Positions 39,096 through 53,323 of a stretch of 64,000 bases of DNA are shown here, piece after piece. This DNA comes from Adineta vaga. Taxonomy: Eukaryota > Animalia > Rotifera. How positions within the stretch are numbered: position 1 is the first letter of the stretch; every line of letters starts with the position of its first letter. The notes beneath the pieces were generated by a model, which was not told the DNA's origin, did no database searches, and was given only the letters and a program-made list of their open reading frames with translations. The position numbers and the translations under genes are program-made. The stretch covers positions 9,486,001-9,550,000 of the forward strand of contig CP075496.1 of NCBI GenBank assembly GCA_021613535.1, written 5' to 3'.

Positions 39096-41160
39096 TCTAG
39101 AAAAAGTAATGTCGATGATATAGAGAAAATCACAGGTATATTTTAGTTCTAATCGTGTAGAAAGAGAGCAAAAACGAAATCATCATGAAAAGAACCAACC
39201 TTGATTTGAAGGAGAACGAACAAGGACAAGACTTGTTAGACTATTTAAATACGATGAAATAAAGGTAAGGTAGACAAGAAACATTTGATTCTCTTATCAA
39301 AGAAAAAAGACGTTATCGACTCTCATACATTATTAATCATATTAGTTCTATTCTAATAATTTTTCGAAATATTCTATACAAAATTGATAGTTTTTCTTGT
39401 CATAAACCAATTTGAAATTGATTTCGAACGAAATATTTTACTAATTATAACTCAACTGACTTTAGACAGTTTTTTTTGACGTCGATTTGATTGATTAAGT
39501 TTGCTTTCAATGAGCAATGATCACTGAGTATAAAAACGAACAGCGACCTTCTTTTTATTACTTTTACTTTCAAAAAGGTGACTATCGTACTTTACACATT
39601 CCGTCGCCAATTGGATTGATAATGATGATATGATAATAAAAAATTTCTATCTGATATATTTTTTTTTCTTCATTCTAATTAAAATCTATCTTTATTGGAC
39701 ATTTTTGCAGAGTGTAACTTTTTATTTAGTTTCAGATGGAATAATAAGCTAGTCTGACTATTATTGTGCTGTTTATTCTTGGACTTTTATATGAAATCGC
39801 ATGTCTTCCATGATAGACATAGCCTTATCTTTCATGATCAATGAATGTTAAGAAAAACGATTCATCATTCATTATTTACTCATTCCCCATCTTATTATTT
39901 TCTTGAAAGAATGCTATGAAAATCAAATCAAGTTAATTGTTACAAAATACGATTAATATATAACCATTTCGTAGTTGATGAATAAAGAAAATAATAGAGC
40001 GTTTTAAAGAACAATTCTATTTATTTAATTGCGAGTAAAATTAGGTGCTATTTGTAAAGCAATCTAAGAAACAATCTTTTGTTCTGGTCATCAATAGAAA
40101 CACATTTGTTCACATTTATCATGAAGTTCAGATAACGCTCCACAGCATAGTAATGGAAAAAGAAATACTGTCCACGATTTTTGAAATACGAAATATAATA
40201 ATTATTAAAGTTGGAATCATTCGAGGGTGTGAATAAGTTCCAAGTTCCTTTACCCCATGTTGTATGGAATAGACAACGATTGAAAAACTGTTCATTCTTA
40301 TCATTACTAAATAAGTTTTTACAAAGTGGAGAAAAAGTTATGACTAGATAAAATATTGTACATTACATAATACACGGAAAATCATTTTTGACTTGTTGAA
40401 TTAGTAGCGTAATAAATTAAAAATAGTAGAGATCAGTTTGAATCCATGGAACATTAATTAGTTCATTAATTAAATCAATGATGATCAAAAGAATAATAAA
40501 AATGATTATAAAGAAGATAATACAAAATGAATTCGGAACAATGTATGGATAGAATAACTGCTACTATCGAACACTATCCACAGGATGATTTCTACATACT
40601 TTCAAAATCAGTGTGAAGCTAACGATACTATTATTTCAGAAACATATAGAGATTATAATTATAGACAAGAATAGTGCTGGAATAATTAGAGTGTGGTAGT
40701 CTGTAAAATAATCTAGAAGATACAAAACTGTTAATTACTGTTCAAATAAGAAAAAGAGATTTTTTTTATAACGAAAGACTATTTTATTATCTCACTGGTT
40801 TTAGAGTAAGATGTATTTAGTTGAGACTTTTCGTAAAGTAGTTTTTACTGATTATGTCAGTGAAAAAGTGAAAATAGAACCACCATCAGATTCATTGAAG
40901 AACTTGTGTAGGCACAGATTTGATATATTCTATGAATTAGAGTGCAAGTCTCGATAGTGATCATCGAGAAAGAATAAGCGTTTAACAGCAAATATAGATA
41001 TAGTCTTTAACATAAAAATACCATGAAAGCTATTGTTCACATGATTTATGCCACCAAATAATCAATAGATCTCAAGATATCAAGACGCGAATTAGCATCG
41101 GTCAAATTCAAAACATGAAGAAAAAAGCTACATAAAAACTCGAATATAGTAAAGAAAGTT

Positions 41161-44100
41161 CTATTTCATCTCAATATCATCTTGTGCTTTCAAAGTTTCA
41201 TTTAATAACTGATGTTCATTGGGTTCTTCCACATTGCGATCATTATTTTTTCGATTATTACGAGCATGCATCCTAAATTTATTTCATAAACTATCAAACA
41301 TTTTTCGATCGAAATGAACACTCACCAACTTAAACCCATTTGTTCTGTATCAGCAATTGTTTGTGGTAATGTTTTATTCAATGTTTCTGGTAACATTAAA
41401 ATAAGAAAAGCTGCCACAAGTGATAAAACACCAAACAAAACCGTTGGTAGATTAATCCATAATCGAGTCTACAATAAGAGAAAGAAAAATAATTTTTATT
41501 ATCAAAATCAAAGTCATACATACCAACATATCATTACTTGTCGTTCCAACGATTGCACCAATGCCTATATAAATTTAAATTTATGTATAAAAACTTAATT
41601 CCAAGTGAATAATTTTACGTGCAACCATTGAACAAATACCCATGCCTGTATTTCTGATTCCTGTTGGAAATAATTCATTAGCGTAGATATAAATAATAGC
41701 ATAACTTCCAGCTGCAAAAAACTTCAATAAAACATTCATTATAAAAATGATTATTTTTTGTTCTGAAAATGTAAATAGTACAATAGTCGTATATTAGAAC
41801 AACAAATATTTTACTTTGACTATTCTTAAACATGAAATTTTGAACAGGAATAGTTAATAATGCAATGATTGCAAAACAAAGAACAGCTACGAAATAAGGT
41901 CGTTTTCTTCCAATTCGATTTAAGACAAGATGTAGAACAATATAAGATAAAATTTCTACACATGCTGAGATCGTAAATGATACTAAGTAAGTAAAAGTTA
42001 ATCAAATAGTATCGAATCAGTAAACAAAATAATTCATGTATATTTACAATAAGGATCAAAACCCCAAGAACCAGTACTTTGAGAAATTCCATAGAATACC
42101 AAATTTTGAACAAACCTTGATGAGAAGAAAGAACAATAATTCATACGTTAAATTACATATTTAGGTAGATAGATCGTACCATTGAAAGAATAGATTGATA
42201 GATATAATACACATAATTCTAGATTTGAATAAAGCAAGTACACCGACTTGTTCCGATTGTTCAGTTGTATTCTATGCAAAAAAGTCATGGATTATCAAAA
42301 TCGAAATGTACCATATTTAATCGTGCACCTTTTTTTGTTCGTGTATTAATTGTTGGAATGCTTCTTCATCGAATGGTTTTTTATTTATTACAGCAATCTT
42401 TCGAAGTAATTTTTCTGCTTGTTTATAACGACCTTTACTGATCATCCATCGTGCTGATTCAGGTAAAAAGCTAATTGAATTTATCATAGGATAAATAAGA
42501 ACAAAAACTTATTCTATTGACTTACAAATAAAAAAATGTGAATGGTATGGTGAATAATGAAAGAGTTAATGTAAGACGTCTCCATTCACGAATAAAATAA
42601 GCAAAAGTAACGAGAAATAATTGACCGAATGCAAAAAAATATTGAACAATAATTGCTGTTAAAAATTTATTTTTTGGACCCACCAATTCCGTTGCTAAAT
42701 AGAACAAGTTTTCATATTCTTTTCAAAGTTAACGAATAATTCCGATGTACCTAAGACGAATCCAGTAACAGCAATACCTCTCGTTGAACAAGCCAAAATA
42801 AAACGACTGATTGTATAAACTGTATAGCTTGGCCAAAATCCAAAAAGATGTTTTTGTGGAAAAAAAGCACAAATAAATCCTGTACATGCCATTAAGATTA
42901 TACATATACTCATAATAGGACGACGACCATATCTTAAGAAATATAAAGCTACTTTGATTCAACGATGCTCATTAGATTGTCAGTTGGAGGGAAGAATCTC
43001 TTGGTATAATTAGTTGAATTTAAAGATAGAAAATGTAATATTTTATTCCTCATGGAGTTGTACATGATACAATACAATTTAACATTTATAACAACTATTT
43101 TCCTTGTTACACGAATCATTTCCAGTTTTATTAGATGTAAAAAATAAATGATGAAAGATGAATGCATGCTATTTCTTTTCTACGCCATTAAGCAAGTATA
43201 AATCATTTCAATATTCCGTTACGTGTCTTACGTCATAAAAAATATTTTTTGGAGAAAATACTATCGTATTCAGAATACTTTTTATTACACACGACACTCT
43301 TTGAACTCACTGAAGAGAATAGAATGGATGTAATCGAAGATGATAAATCTACTCTTTATCAAGTGAAATTCTACATTTTGATCATATTACAAATTCCTGC
43401 AATTCTTTTAACTCTCTTCATCTTTATATTTTTCATCAAAAATCGACTTCTCCTTAATAACCTTCAAAATCAAGCTCTTCTCATCTTACTCACAGTCAAC
43501 TTCGTTTATCTATCAGTTGACTTACCAATGGGTATTCGTTTCTACAACGTTGGTTACATTAGTCCACCTACATCAGCTTATTGTACATGGTGGACATTTC
43601 TCGAGTACACTCTCAATCTCATCAATGAACTTCTCATGGCTACAATATCTGTTCAACGACATCTTCTCATCTTCAAGGCATATATTTTTCATATCCGATG
43701 GAAACTTTATCTTTACTACTATGCACCTTTAGCATGGTGCTTAGTTTATCCGATCGTATTCTATTTGGGAAGTATAATCTTTTATCCATGTGATGGTAAT
43801 CAATGGGATTATACATCGAATGTTTGTGGCTATGCAAATTGTTATCTAATATATAGTAAAGTTTTAGGTACATTTGATTGGGCAATGAATAATGGTTTTC
43901 CCATTTTAATAATTCTTTTAGCTAATCTAATATTAATTGTTCGTGTCATAAGACAGAAACGTCGTCGACAACAAACGATGTCTTGGAAAAAACAACGACT
44001 TATGACATTACAATTATTTGCTATCTCGAGCCTGTATTTATTTGCCTGGTTACCTAGTCTCAATATAGGACTGATTCAACAATTAAGTTCGTCGAGGTTC

Positions 44101-44911
44101 GCATCACAAATTCAAACGAATTATACGCTTGATCTTATTTATTTAATTTGTCTATTGTTACCTTGGATATGTCTCGGTCTCTTACCACAATTTAAGAAAT
44201 GGATTCGAAAACTTTTCACATGCAGTACATCAAGAAATCCAACTCATAATATTGTACAACCAATATAAACTACCTATCAGTTGAATGTATCTCTCTCAAC
44301 TGAACAAAGCAAGAACATACTTATCAGCCATAATTCCAAAGAATATCGATCCAACCATGTAGCCAACAAAAAATAGATTTTGTACTGCTGAACGAAAAAC
44401 AGTTCGATCACAAATCATAGACCACTACAAGAACAATCTTGAGAAATTGATCAATTTCTATTTAATGAATTACTACAAACCTCTTCAACCAGTGTATATT
44501 GATGATATTTTCGATCAAAAACATATCCATTACAAGGCTGAATTTGTGCAACACCGGTATTAGACATCGTTTTCATATAACATCTTTGACATTCCTTCAC
44601 TGATATCTTCATATGCGCTTTACAATAAGCTTCATCCGGTTGACTTTGATTATATGATGTTGATAGATGTCTATCAAAGACAGAATCATTCTCATTCAAT
44701 TTACATCGAAACGATGGTGTTGCAGCTGCAAATGACCATGTATAGACCATAACTAAATGAATGAAAAGTATTCAAAAGTTTAAAAAAAGACGCTATGATA
44801 GTCAGTGTACTTACTGGGTGGTAACATATAGGTTAAACATATGCAGAAATATCGTAGTTTTTGATATCGACCAAAATCATTTACTGTGTGTAGAAAATCG
44901 TCGAATTTCAT
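41161..44911 (-). CDS. SLC22 / organic cation transporter-like MFS, about 13 exons
   Basis: FDDFL..VNDFGRYQK, EWSMICDR, ADKYGRRP, LPESARW, ELFPTGIRNTGMG and LPETLNKTLP motifs; all exons splice in frame. Confidence 0.9.
43324..44268 (+). CDS. Intronless rhodopsin-like GPCR nested antisense in an SLC22 intron
   Basis: Same family as the 8-11 kb pair (LQIPAIL, SVQRH, FYPCD, TFDW, MTLQL); lies wholly within intron 42933-44320. Confidence 0.85.
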   Translation: MDVIEDDKSTLYQVKFYILIILQIPAILLTLFIFIFFIKNRLLLNNLQNQALLILLTVNFVYLSVDLPMGIRFYNVGYISPPTSAYCTWWTFLEYTLNLINELLMATISVQRHLLIFKAYIFHIRWKLYLYYYAPLAWCLVYPIVFYLGSIIFYPCDGNQWDYTSNVCGYANCYLIYSKVLGTFDWAMNNGFPILIILLANLILIVRVIRQKRRRQQTMSWKKQRLMTLQLFAISSLYLFAWLPSLNIGLIQQLSSSRFASQIQTNYTLDLIYLICLLLPWICLGLLPQFKKWIRKLFTCSTSRNPTHNIVQPI

Positions 44912-46019
44912 CTTTTTTTTGTCTCTTAAAACAAAAACAAAGTCACATCTTTCAAAGCAAAAATAGTGCTCTTTTATAAATTATCGATTAGTGGTCAAAT
45001 AAGTACAATGCGAAAGAAAGAGTGAAGAAAAAGAAATCGAACTGGATCAATTACAATATTTCTTATATAGTATAAGGTAAAGTATTCAAGAGGAATCGAT
45101 ATTGGAAGAAGCTGATTACAAAAACAAGTTTCAAGGTTACAAATAATAAGTACTTTACAAGAAAAATGAAAGAAAACATGCGGTATCGAATAAATATAGA
45201 AAAAAAATGATTATTGCATAGTATATATGAAGACAAAACAGGAGAGAAAAGAAAATATTTGGTCTTAGACCTTTTTTTAATTGCCATGATGATATCTGTA
45301 ACGATTTTTAGATAGAAGAAGCAGTATAGTGTTGATAGAGCTAGACCTTGTTTGGTTTCTTCATGGAAAGTACACGCTATCATGTACTAGTCCATTGAAT
45401 AGAAAGAAAGAATATGAAAGATAAGGATAATACATATTATAGAAAGAAATAAGAATGAGACAAATATCTTTACAATATCCAAGTTAAAGTTTTAAGATCG
45501 ATTACTTAAATTCAATCAAAAGATCTTTTGAATAACAAGTAAATAATAGACTCCCAATATTGATTATGACTTTTACAAATATAGTCCTTATTAATAATGT
45601 TATCCAACAGAAACATCGTGTTCAAGAAGCAATTCCATGGCAAAAATAAAAATGTATAACATTGAAACTTCTTAGTAATTCAAGTCTCTATTTATTCACA
45701 TGATCCCTTTGATATAGTTTATCTTTTTGTAAGTGCCTTTATCATCATGAATCTATTTTATATTAATACCAAAATTTACGAAATCGATATGGAAACAATT
45801 ACAAGTTCTAGGAATGATATTGCTTCTAATCGTCAGAATTTTAATAGTTTGTATCTGTATTTTTTCATATTATTGAAAGAATTCAATGAAATAAATATAA
45901 AACAACTCAACCGACTGGGTACATGAGACAGATAAACTTATACGATAAGTACAAATACAGTTTACATATAAGCACTCAAAAGACACGCAATAGAAAGGAA
46001 AAGAAAAGAATGTCCAGCA

Positions 46020-46042
46020 CACGTGGCTTCAGCTATATAATG
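46020..46042 (+). promoter_or_regulatory. E-box CACGTG followed by TATA-like TATATAA upstream of the GNAT gene
   Basis: CACGTG at 46020-46025 and TATATAA at ~46035, about 100 bp upstream of ATG 46139. Confidence 0.4.
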
Positions 46043-46138
46043 TTTTAAAATAGTAAAAAAGAACAACGATACTTTTTTCTTTTGCTTTTCGTTATATTTG
46101 CATATTCATTTTTATAAAACAATACAACAAAAATATAC

Positions 46139-46768
46139 ATGGCATTATCAACAACATTTGATATTCGTTTAATGAAAGAAGATGATTATGATCAAGTATT
46201 ATCATTATTATTAAATTCATTTTTTAAAGATGAACCTATCACAAAATGCATTCAACTAACTGAAACATTAGATTTTGCAAAAGATATTGTTAAAAATTGT
46301 TTACAAAATCAATGTTCATTTGTCGCATCAAATTCACAAACAAATCAAATCGTTGCTATTTGTATCAATGAAATTATAGATAAAAATCAAAATCAAGAAA
46401 ATAATCAAACCGTTGAAAAAATTCGTTTTATCTCTCAAATTTTTGCTGAAGTGCATAAAAATCGAAATGTTTTTCAAGAATACAATGCCGACAAGTTAAT
46501 ACATATATATATCATCAGTGTTGATCAAACTGCTCGTGGACATGGACTTGCATCGAAATTAATAGCAAAAACAATTGAATATGGAAAAGATTTACAAATG
46601 ATTGGTGCATATGCTGAAGCAACGAATCTGATTTCATTGAAATGTTTTAAACAACAACAATTTGATGTACTCGCTGAACTTATATATGCTTCATATAGTC
46701 CTGAACGTTTAGCAAATCTTAAGGGTGAAGTTTATGATAGATGTTATCTTGTTGCACGTAAATTTTAA
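46139..46768 (+). CDS. GNAT acetyltransferase, arylalkylamine/dopamine N-acetyltransferase-like
   Basis: FFKDEP motif, acetyl-CoA motif A VDQTARGHGLASKLI, AEATNLIS; intronless, 209 aa. Confidence 0.85.
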   Translation: MALSTTFDIRLMKEDDYDQVLSLLLNSFFKDEPITKCIQLTETLDFAKDIVKNCLQNQCSFVASNSQTNQIVAICINEIIDKNQNQENNQTVEKIRFISQIFAEVHKNRNVFQEYNADKLIHIYIISVDQTARGHGLASKLIAKTIEYGKDLQMIGAYAEATNLISLKCFKQQQFDVLAELIYASYSPERLANLKGEVYDRCYLVARKF

Positions 46769-47007
46769 TTCTATTCGAAACAAATGAAATATCTTATTGT
46801 TTTATTTAATCAATCGATGTATTAGATTGAAAATAAAAGATTCCCTAATACTAAAAGAGTCAATATATAGCTTACGTCCTCTATCATTATTTTCACTGAT
46901 ATTCTTTCGATGTCTTCCAATCCTAGATCAGTACAGTATACAACGAGTATACGACCGAAAAACGATCGATTCGATTGATTACTTTTGTTTCGTTTAAGAT
47001 AAAAACG

Positions 47008-48455
47008 ATGTTAATTCCTCGATTTTCATTATCCCAAACATCAACACATTTGACCATCATTATTCGATGTCCCTATGTGAAATTTTCCTCATCAGTATCA
47101 AATGATGAACAAAATGGTGTTGAAGTTGATTTATCATCATCGGATGAATTCTATTTTGCTTGTAAACCATATTATCTTCATTTATATTTACCGGGTCGTG
47201 TCATTGAAAAAGATACACCGAATTACACGTATGATATTGATACATCTTCATTTTGTTTTACTTATGAAAAAGAAACAAAAAATGAACATTTTGAAAATCT
47301 TGATATGATTACAAAATTATTGAATAAAGAGAAGAAAATTGAATCGAATGCAATTGAAGAAATTGAAAAGGAATCAGACAATGAACTAACAGAGGAAGAA
47401 GAAGATGATGATGAACCATTATGGAATCAAATGAGACAATTAGAAATTGATGGTAAAGAAAAAAAATCATCATTTTCTTTTTTTTTATTTTCTATATCTT
47501 TAGATCAACCTAAAGAAACTTTGATCTCATCCTATTCTTATGGTTTTAATCATCAATATAAAGATATCTTTACAAATTTTGATTCCGAATATTCTTTAAT
47601 ATTTGATAATCAACATCCGGATTCTCTTCCACTAACATCGATCCGATCAAATCGTTTAGAAAAAGAACAATCTGATTTTAATTGTGAACATTATTTAGCT
47701 GATAAATATGATTTAAACGATGAAGAAGTATTTGATTACAAATTAATTCTTGATAATGAATTCAATGATCAAGATCGAGATGATTTAAAAAATCTTAAAT
47801 ATAAACAATTATTAATTGATGATCCAATACCAATTTATTTGGGTTTAATTGATTTACTCTATGCATTTGTTTATGATCAACGAATTACACAGTAAATAAA
47901 CATAAAATACTATTGAGTTTTCGATATTGATCAAGAATAATTTAACTAATGGATTTTCTTTGTTTTAGAGGTGAATCATGTTGTGAATCTCCATGGAATA
48001 TTCATAAATTATCAGCAACATTATCATGGTTTGATACATTTATTGATCTTCCATCGGTTTTGATCGCTTGTTGTCGTCGAACATTAATTTATCCATTGAC
48101 TCGTTCATTTAAATTGGCAAAAAGATGTTTTGATGATGTGATTAGAATACTTTCTCAAGGAAAATGTGCAATACTTCAATGTTTATTACAAATGCGACGA
48201 ATATTTCTTGACGAAGAACATCGATATTTGTTAAATACATTGTATTTAAATGATTATTGTTTATGGATACAAACACATTGTCAAAGCAAATGGTTAGAAT
48301 CATTGGTTGAAGCTATGAAACATACGATTGAATATGAACTTGATGAAAATAATTTGGAATTAGATTTTGAAAGAGAAACTTTTGCTTGGAAAGTTACTCT
48401 ACATGAAACAAGTGATAGTGATGATGTTTCTTCCGATGATGATGAGAATTGTTAA
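47008..48455 (+). CDS. SHQ1: SHQ1 H/ACA RNP assembly factor
   Basis: MLIPRFSLSQ..PYYLHLYLPG..HFENLDMITKLL (CS domain), YGFN, LIDLLYAFVYDQRITQGESCCESPWNIHKLSATLSW, RRTLIYPLTRSF; introns 47453-47503 and 47892-47968. Confidence 0.92.
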
Positions 48456-49417
48456 AGATTAATAAATATTATGAAAACTCTCAAGGTATCATAAATGATT
48501 ATATAGAAAATTGAAACTGTATATGAGATAAAAAAAGAAACGTAATACTAATTCTGTAAATAACATGACAATACTCAGCAGAGAATCAATAATTCATTGT
48601 CAAAATTATTTTCTAATGGTTACTGAACTAACTATGTCTTTTGACGATACAAATGATGATCAGCATTTTCTTCCTACTGTTCTTGGATGTGTTGTAATGT
48701 TAAAAACAATTGACGAAATTAATAATTAGAACTTTTAATACAACGAAATGAATTTTTTCATTTAGTATCAAAAACGAATAAAATTCGAAAATTGCTATTA
48801 ATACCAACTTAGAAGTTATTGTTGTTCTATAAAAATACGAGTTAATTCTAGAAGAAATACTGATCTGTATACTTTCGCCAGAAGGTGAGAGTAGTATGGT
48901 TCTGAGTGATTATAGGCACTATAGATTATGTGATGTTAAACCACACTCACTATCGAAACTTAATTCAAACACATTTACGCATAATTTTAACTAGAAGGTT
49001 CGTCGTCAAATGATCATGTATGCTTCACTAACATACAACTGATTTTTTTCTATAGATCTATCGATTAACATTCAATCAAAGAAGAAGAATATATACATAT
49101 ATATAGATGACTATCAACTTTTTTCATTTCATACACTTTCATTTAATTTCAATACACACATATCGTTGTTTGTATTGTTAATCATGATGAAACTTAATTA
49201 TAAAATTCAATCTCATGATGTATATTCAAGACAAACAGAGAAACAAAAAATAATCATAGCAAATAATAAATACACATAAGTTTTGTAAATACAGAAGAGA
49301 AAGAAAAAGAAGAAAAACGTGTTCGTTTACATCTACATTATTATACTTCGATTGATTTCTTTTAACCACCACTGTTCCACTAAGAATCTAATACAATGAA
49401 TGAAAAACAAATTGAAC

Positions 49418-52400
49418 TTAAATTTCTTGTACAAAATTGCCAGGAAATAAACCAATAGTTCCATCTAAATTGCCTTTACACCATTGATCAGAACGACGTT
49501 CAAGTAAAATAATGATATCACCTAAAATCAATTATCCACATCTATCAAAACTAGAAGAATAAATAAAAGAATATTTACCTGGTCGTATCGTCAATTCATC
49601 ATCATGTTCGGCATCATATGCATGTAAAACTTTCACATGTTTAATTGTTTGTGGTGGATGTCGAAGAGAATCTGTTGAACCTGTCATTACTGATGGAAGA
49701 ACAGGATATGGTGGTGGACCTGGTGCTACTGATCGGTTATCTACATACGAGAAGAGAACAGAGATTTTCTTTCTACGATTATACCGATTACATGCTTGAA
49801 AAAAAGCAAATTAACTCCATGCAAGAGATCATACCAACTTACATGTCGGATAAAAGCCTGAATATAAGAGCAATAATCAATTAGACTAAAATCAGAGCAT
49901 GTGAATTTGATTTTTTTTTCTTTGTCGAGGAGCAAAACAAGGAGCTACCTTAGATCTTTCTTGATTTAATTAAGAAGAAGAAAAGCATGACTGATGTGTA
50001 AAGATAGAAGAGAATTATCTTTCAAAAGCAAATATTTGCTTATAATCAACACTTACGAAGATTTTTCTTCTCGGGAAAAACAAAATATTGAGGAGAAGCA
50101 ACATGCGCTATAAGAATGAATAGATAACTCTAATGATTAAACTGTTCGATAGTATTCTTTTTTTTCCTAAACAAAGTCTATAGCAGAATTGTTAGATGAT
50201 TATACCTGGTGCTGAATGATCATTGGGTAGATTATTGATTGCCCAACCAATTGGTGCTTGATGTTGGACTGAATAGGGTGGTGGTGGTGGAAGTACAGGT
50301 TGATGGCCATTACTGGTGTAGCAACCACTGGTACTGATCGTGCAAGAAAACTCGTTGAAGATGGTGCCGATGGTGGATTTTGACTTAACGGTTGAAACGG
50401 TATACGAAGAAGAGTTGTTGGAATATTTTTATCCGTATAACTTTTAGCAAAACGTTGTGAATATTCATATTGTGGTTCAGGTAAATGTTTAACGTGATTG
50501 TAAACTTTCTCCATTTGATATAAACTTCCTTCATAAAGACATAGTAATAAACGAATCTAAAACAAAAATCTAATATTAATTAAATTAATCAAATCATACG
50601 AATTCTTACACTTTCACGGTTAACACATATTTCACTCGGATTGACACTTGTCGAGAAATTCTGATTTTGTTTACAAAATCCTTGTAAATTTTCAATACCT
50701 AAACACAAAACAAATATATTTCTATAGAATTCAGTTTCTAAAGAATATTAATAAGCACAAGGACACACATCATGACGAAAAATCGTGCTCAAGCATTGAT
50801 AGAAAGGGTGCAAGACAGATACACATTAAAAAAACAGATACCCTCGTGTTTTTTCTTCTCTCTTTTCTTCTGATAATTCATTGCTCCATCATCATCATTT
50901 GACGATGATGCTGATTTATCACGATGATGATCATTAGTATGGACGACAACATCTAATATAATCGAGCAGGATTACAAGGAAAATCGTTTTGAATGTTTTT
51001 TTTATATAGACACAGAGGACAACAACAATGATCACAACAGAAATGGTACCTGTTTGAGAATGAAACAATGATGAACACATTGTTCCATGATTCAAAGAAG
51101 TTAGATTTCCATCTGATGAAAATTTTTCATGAGATTTTAATGGGGAAAAAGGAGTTGCTATAAAAAGGCAGGGAAAAGATTATTTAATAGGAGCAAATAA
51201 TAGAAGAAGAAAAAAAGAACTCCATTTTTTACAAACCATTTTTAGATCGTTTTTGAATTTCAATATCTTGTTTTAACATTTGAATCCAATGCATTAAACT
51301 TAATACTCGTCGTTCTTGACTCATTGCATTATGATCATTTTGTGCCTTAAAAAAATCAAAAATCATTTTTCTGTCAAATAAATCATGGTTTTTTTTAACA
51401 TACATAAATATCATAAAGTAAAATTTCTGTTTCAGTTGTCTGAACATTAAGTTTAGCTTCTGTCACAATATCATCTTGTGGAGTTATTCGAATTGCATAT
51501 AAATCTTGCGTTATCTAGAAAACAAATCCAATTGTATTTTCATACCATTGATAATTTCCGCTTAACATAATATCAAGGTCATCCTACTCATATTCAATAA
51601 GACTATATTAGCATGTCATACGCACATTGCTTTAGGTATCGTAATAAATGACGTTACTTTTCTCAGCATGAATCAGTCGATTTTCCTCTCCTCCTACGAA
51701 TAACTTATTGATCAACGAATAATTACTTGATTCATCGTATCAGTCAACGTTTTCACAGCCGTTGTATACGTTTGAATAAATTTTTCCATTTCATTAATTC
51801 GATCCAATTCCATCGTTTGCATTTGATCACAACTCTAATCAAGTAAATCAATGTAAACAGAATGCAAACGAATTTTGAAACTTACTCGACACATTTCTGC
51901 ATCACATGTTTGCCGAGCTATTTCTACATCTTTTGTTGCATCATGATATTTTCTTTCTGTTTTTTCCAATTCTTGCTCTGCTTTGCGTAACGACATTTCC
52001 ATCTATGGAAAAAGAAAACAAAAATAATCAATAAATTCATGAAAATCAATTCAATGCATAAATTTGATCAAAGCAATTAGAACTTATGTTAAATAGATAT
52101 CATCGCGTGTATGAATAGGTGATTATTCTTACATTTAATGTCTGTTTGGGACTGGAACTGGCAGTTGACTATATATACGACAATGAAATAATTAGAAACA
52201 AAATTCTTATATTCAAAATCAAAGAAAATCATCAACCATAAGAAACTGTGTGCAAGAGAAATCATAACTCTTCTATTCGTCTAATATGAGAAAGAAAAAT
52301 GTTTAATAAAGCATTATATCGTTCTTTCTAGAGCACCCTGAATGTAAAGAAAAATTTCAAAGCAAGAAGAGAGATTAAGAAGTATCTTTTCAATCGTATA

Positions 52401-53323
52401 GAACACCTTTTCATTATTAGATGAATAACGCCCACCAGGGAATATACATGCTGTAACCAATGGTACTTCCTGTATTTATATATGAGAATAGTTATGTCCC
52501 AGAGAAGAAAGATTAAATAACGATACAAACCTTACTGACTTCTTTAACAGAATTTTTTGTTGTTTTTGGAATTTCATCCATTTTAAGATATAAACTTTCG
52601 ATTTCTTTACTATTTTCAAATTGACGTTGACGGTACTAAATAAACAAAAGTAGATAGATAGTTACTTTCATTCTCGTGTTCATACTTTAATATCAATATC
52701 TTTTTTATCTTTCCAAGCTTTAAATTTGCCATTCAATATATCTTCAATCTAAAATTTGAAGAAAACAAATCTTCTAAAAGAATAATAGCTTTTTTTTTCT
52801 TCTTTACTGGTTTTCTTGCTTTCAATTGCGTATCAGCAAGATTTTTCATTGGCAAACAAATCTTATTAAGTATTGTATTGGCTATTAAACTATGTGCTTC
52901 ACTTTCATTATTTGTTTGAGTAGAAATAACTCCTAGTCCTTGTACTAAAGATCTGAAAGATACAAAAGAAATTTTCACAAATAAAATTCTTCTTTAGTTC
53001 AACATTTTTACCCTTTAGATCGACCAGAAAGTTTTTGAAATGCTTCACTGTTCTTGCGAAGACCTTTGGCATAAGCAACTTCAAGATCACAGCTAAAGTA
53101 AAACGAAGAAACATTCTTCTAAATGAAATCATATGAATTGTACATACCGTTCTTGCCAACATTTTGCCACATCGGTACAAAGTTCATTACCACTTCGGAT
53201 CAGTTTTTTTAATGCTTCGTAACCTTTTTCTCCCTAAAAAATATTTGAAAAAAAAACAACCTATTAATGTTAATTAACAAAATAACTTACTATAAAACAA
53301 TCCCGAAACTGTTCGGTCGTCAT
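49418..53323 (-). CDS. F-BAR + HR1 + SH3 protein (nostrin/CIP4/PSTPIP-like), many exons
   Basis: N-terminal QFRDCFIGEKGYEAL..CWQER..LEVAYAKGL (F-BAR), an HR1-like coiled coil, a Pro-rich region, and a C-terminal SH3 VLHAYDAEHDDELTIRPGDII..WCKG..GLFPGNFVQEI*. Confidence 0.8.

Noticed and set aside
39100-41150. Long ORF-poor intervals (also 34500-35900, 48500-49300, 53400-54900) as transposon or ncRNA sites
   Set aside because: I could not identify terminal inverted repeats, LTRs, transposase or RT fragments, or a structured RNA by eye; RepeatModeler or Infernal would be needed.
43249-43323. N-terminal extension of the nested GPCR from a TTG start
   Set aside because: In a eukaryotic context ATG 43324 gives the same ~314-aa length as the paralogs.
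47453-47503. Hydrophobic insert GKEKKSSFSFFLFSISL in the SHQ1 ORF
   Set aside because: It is a 51-nt stop-free GT-AG intron read through by the ORF caller.
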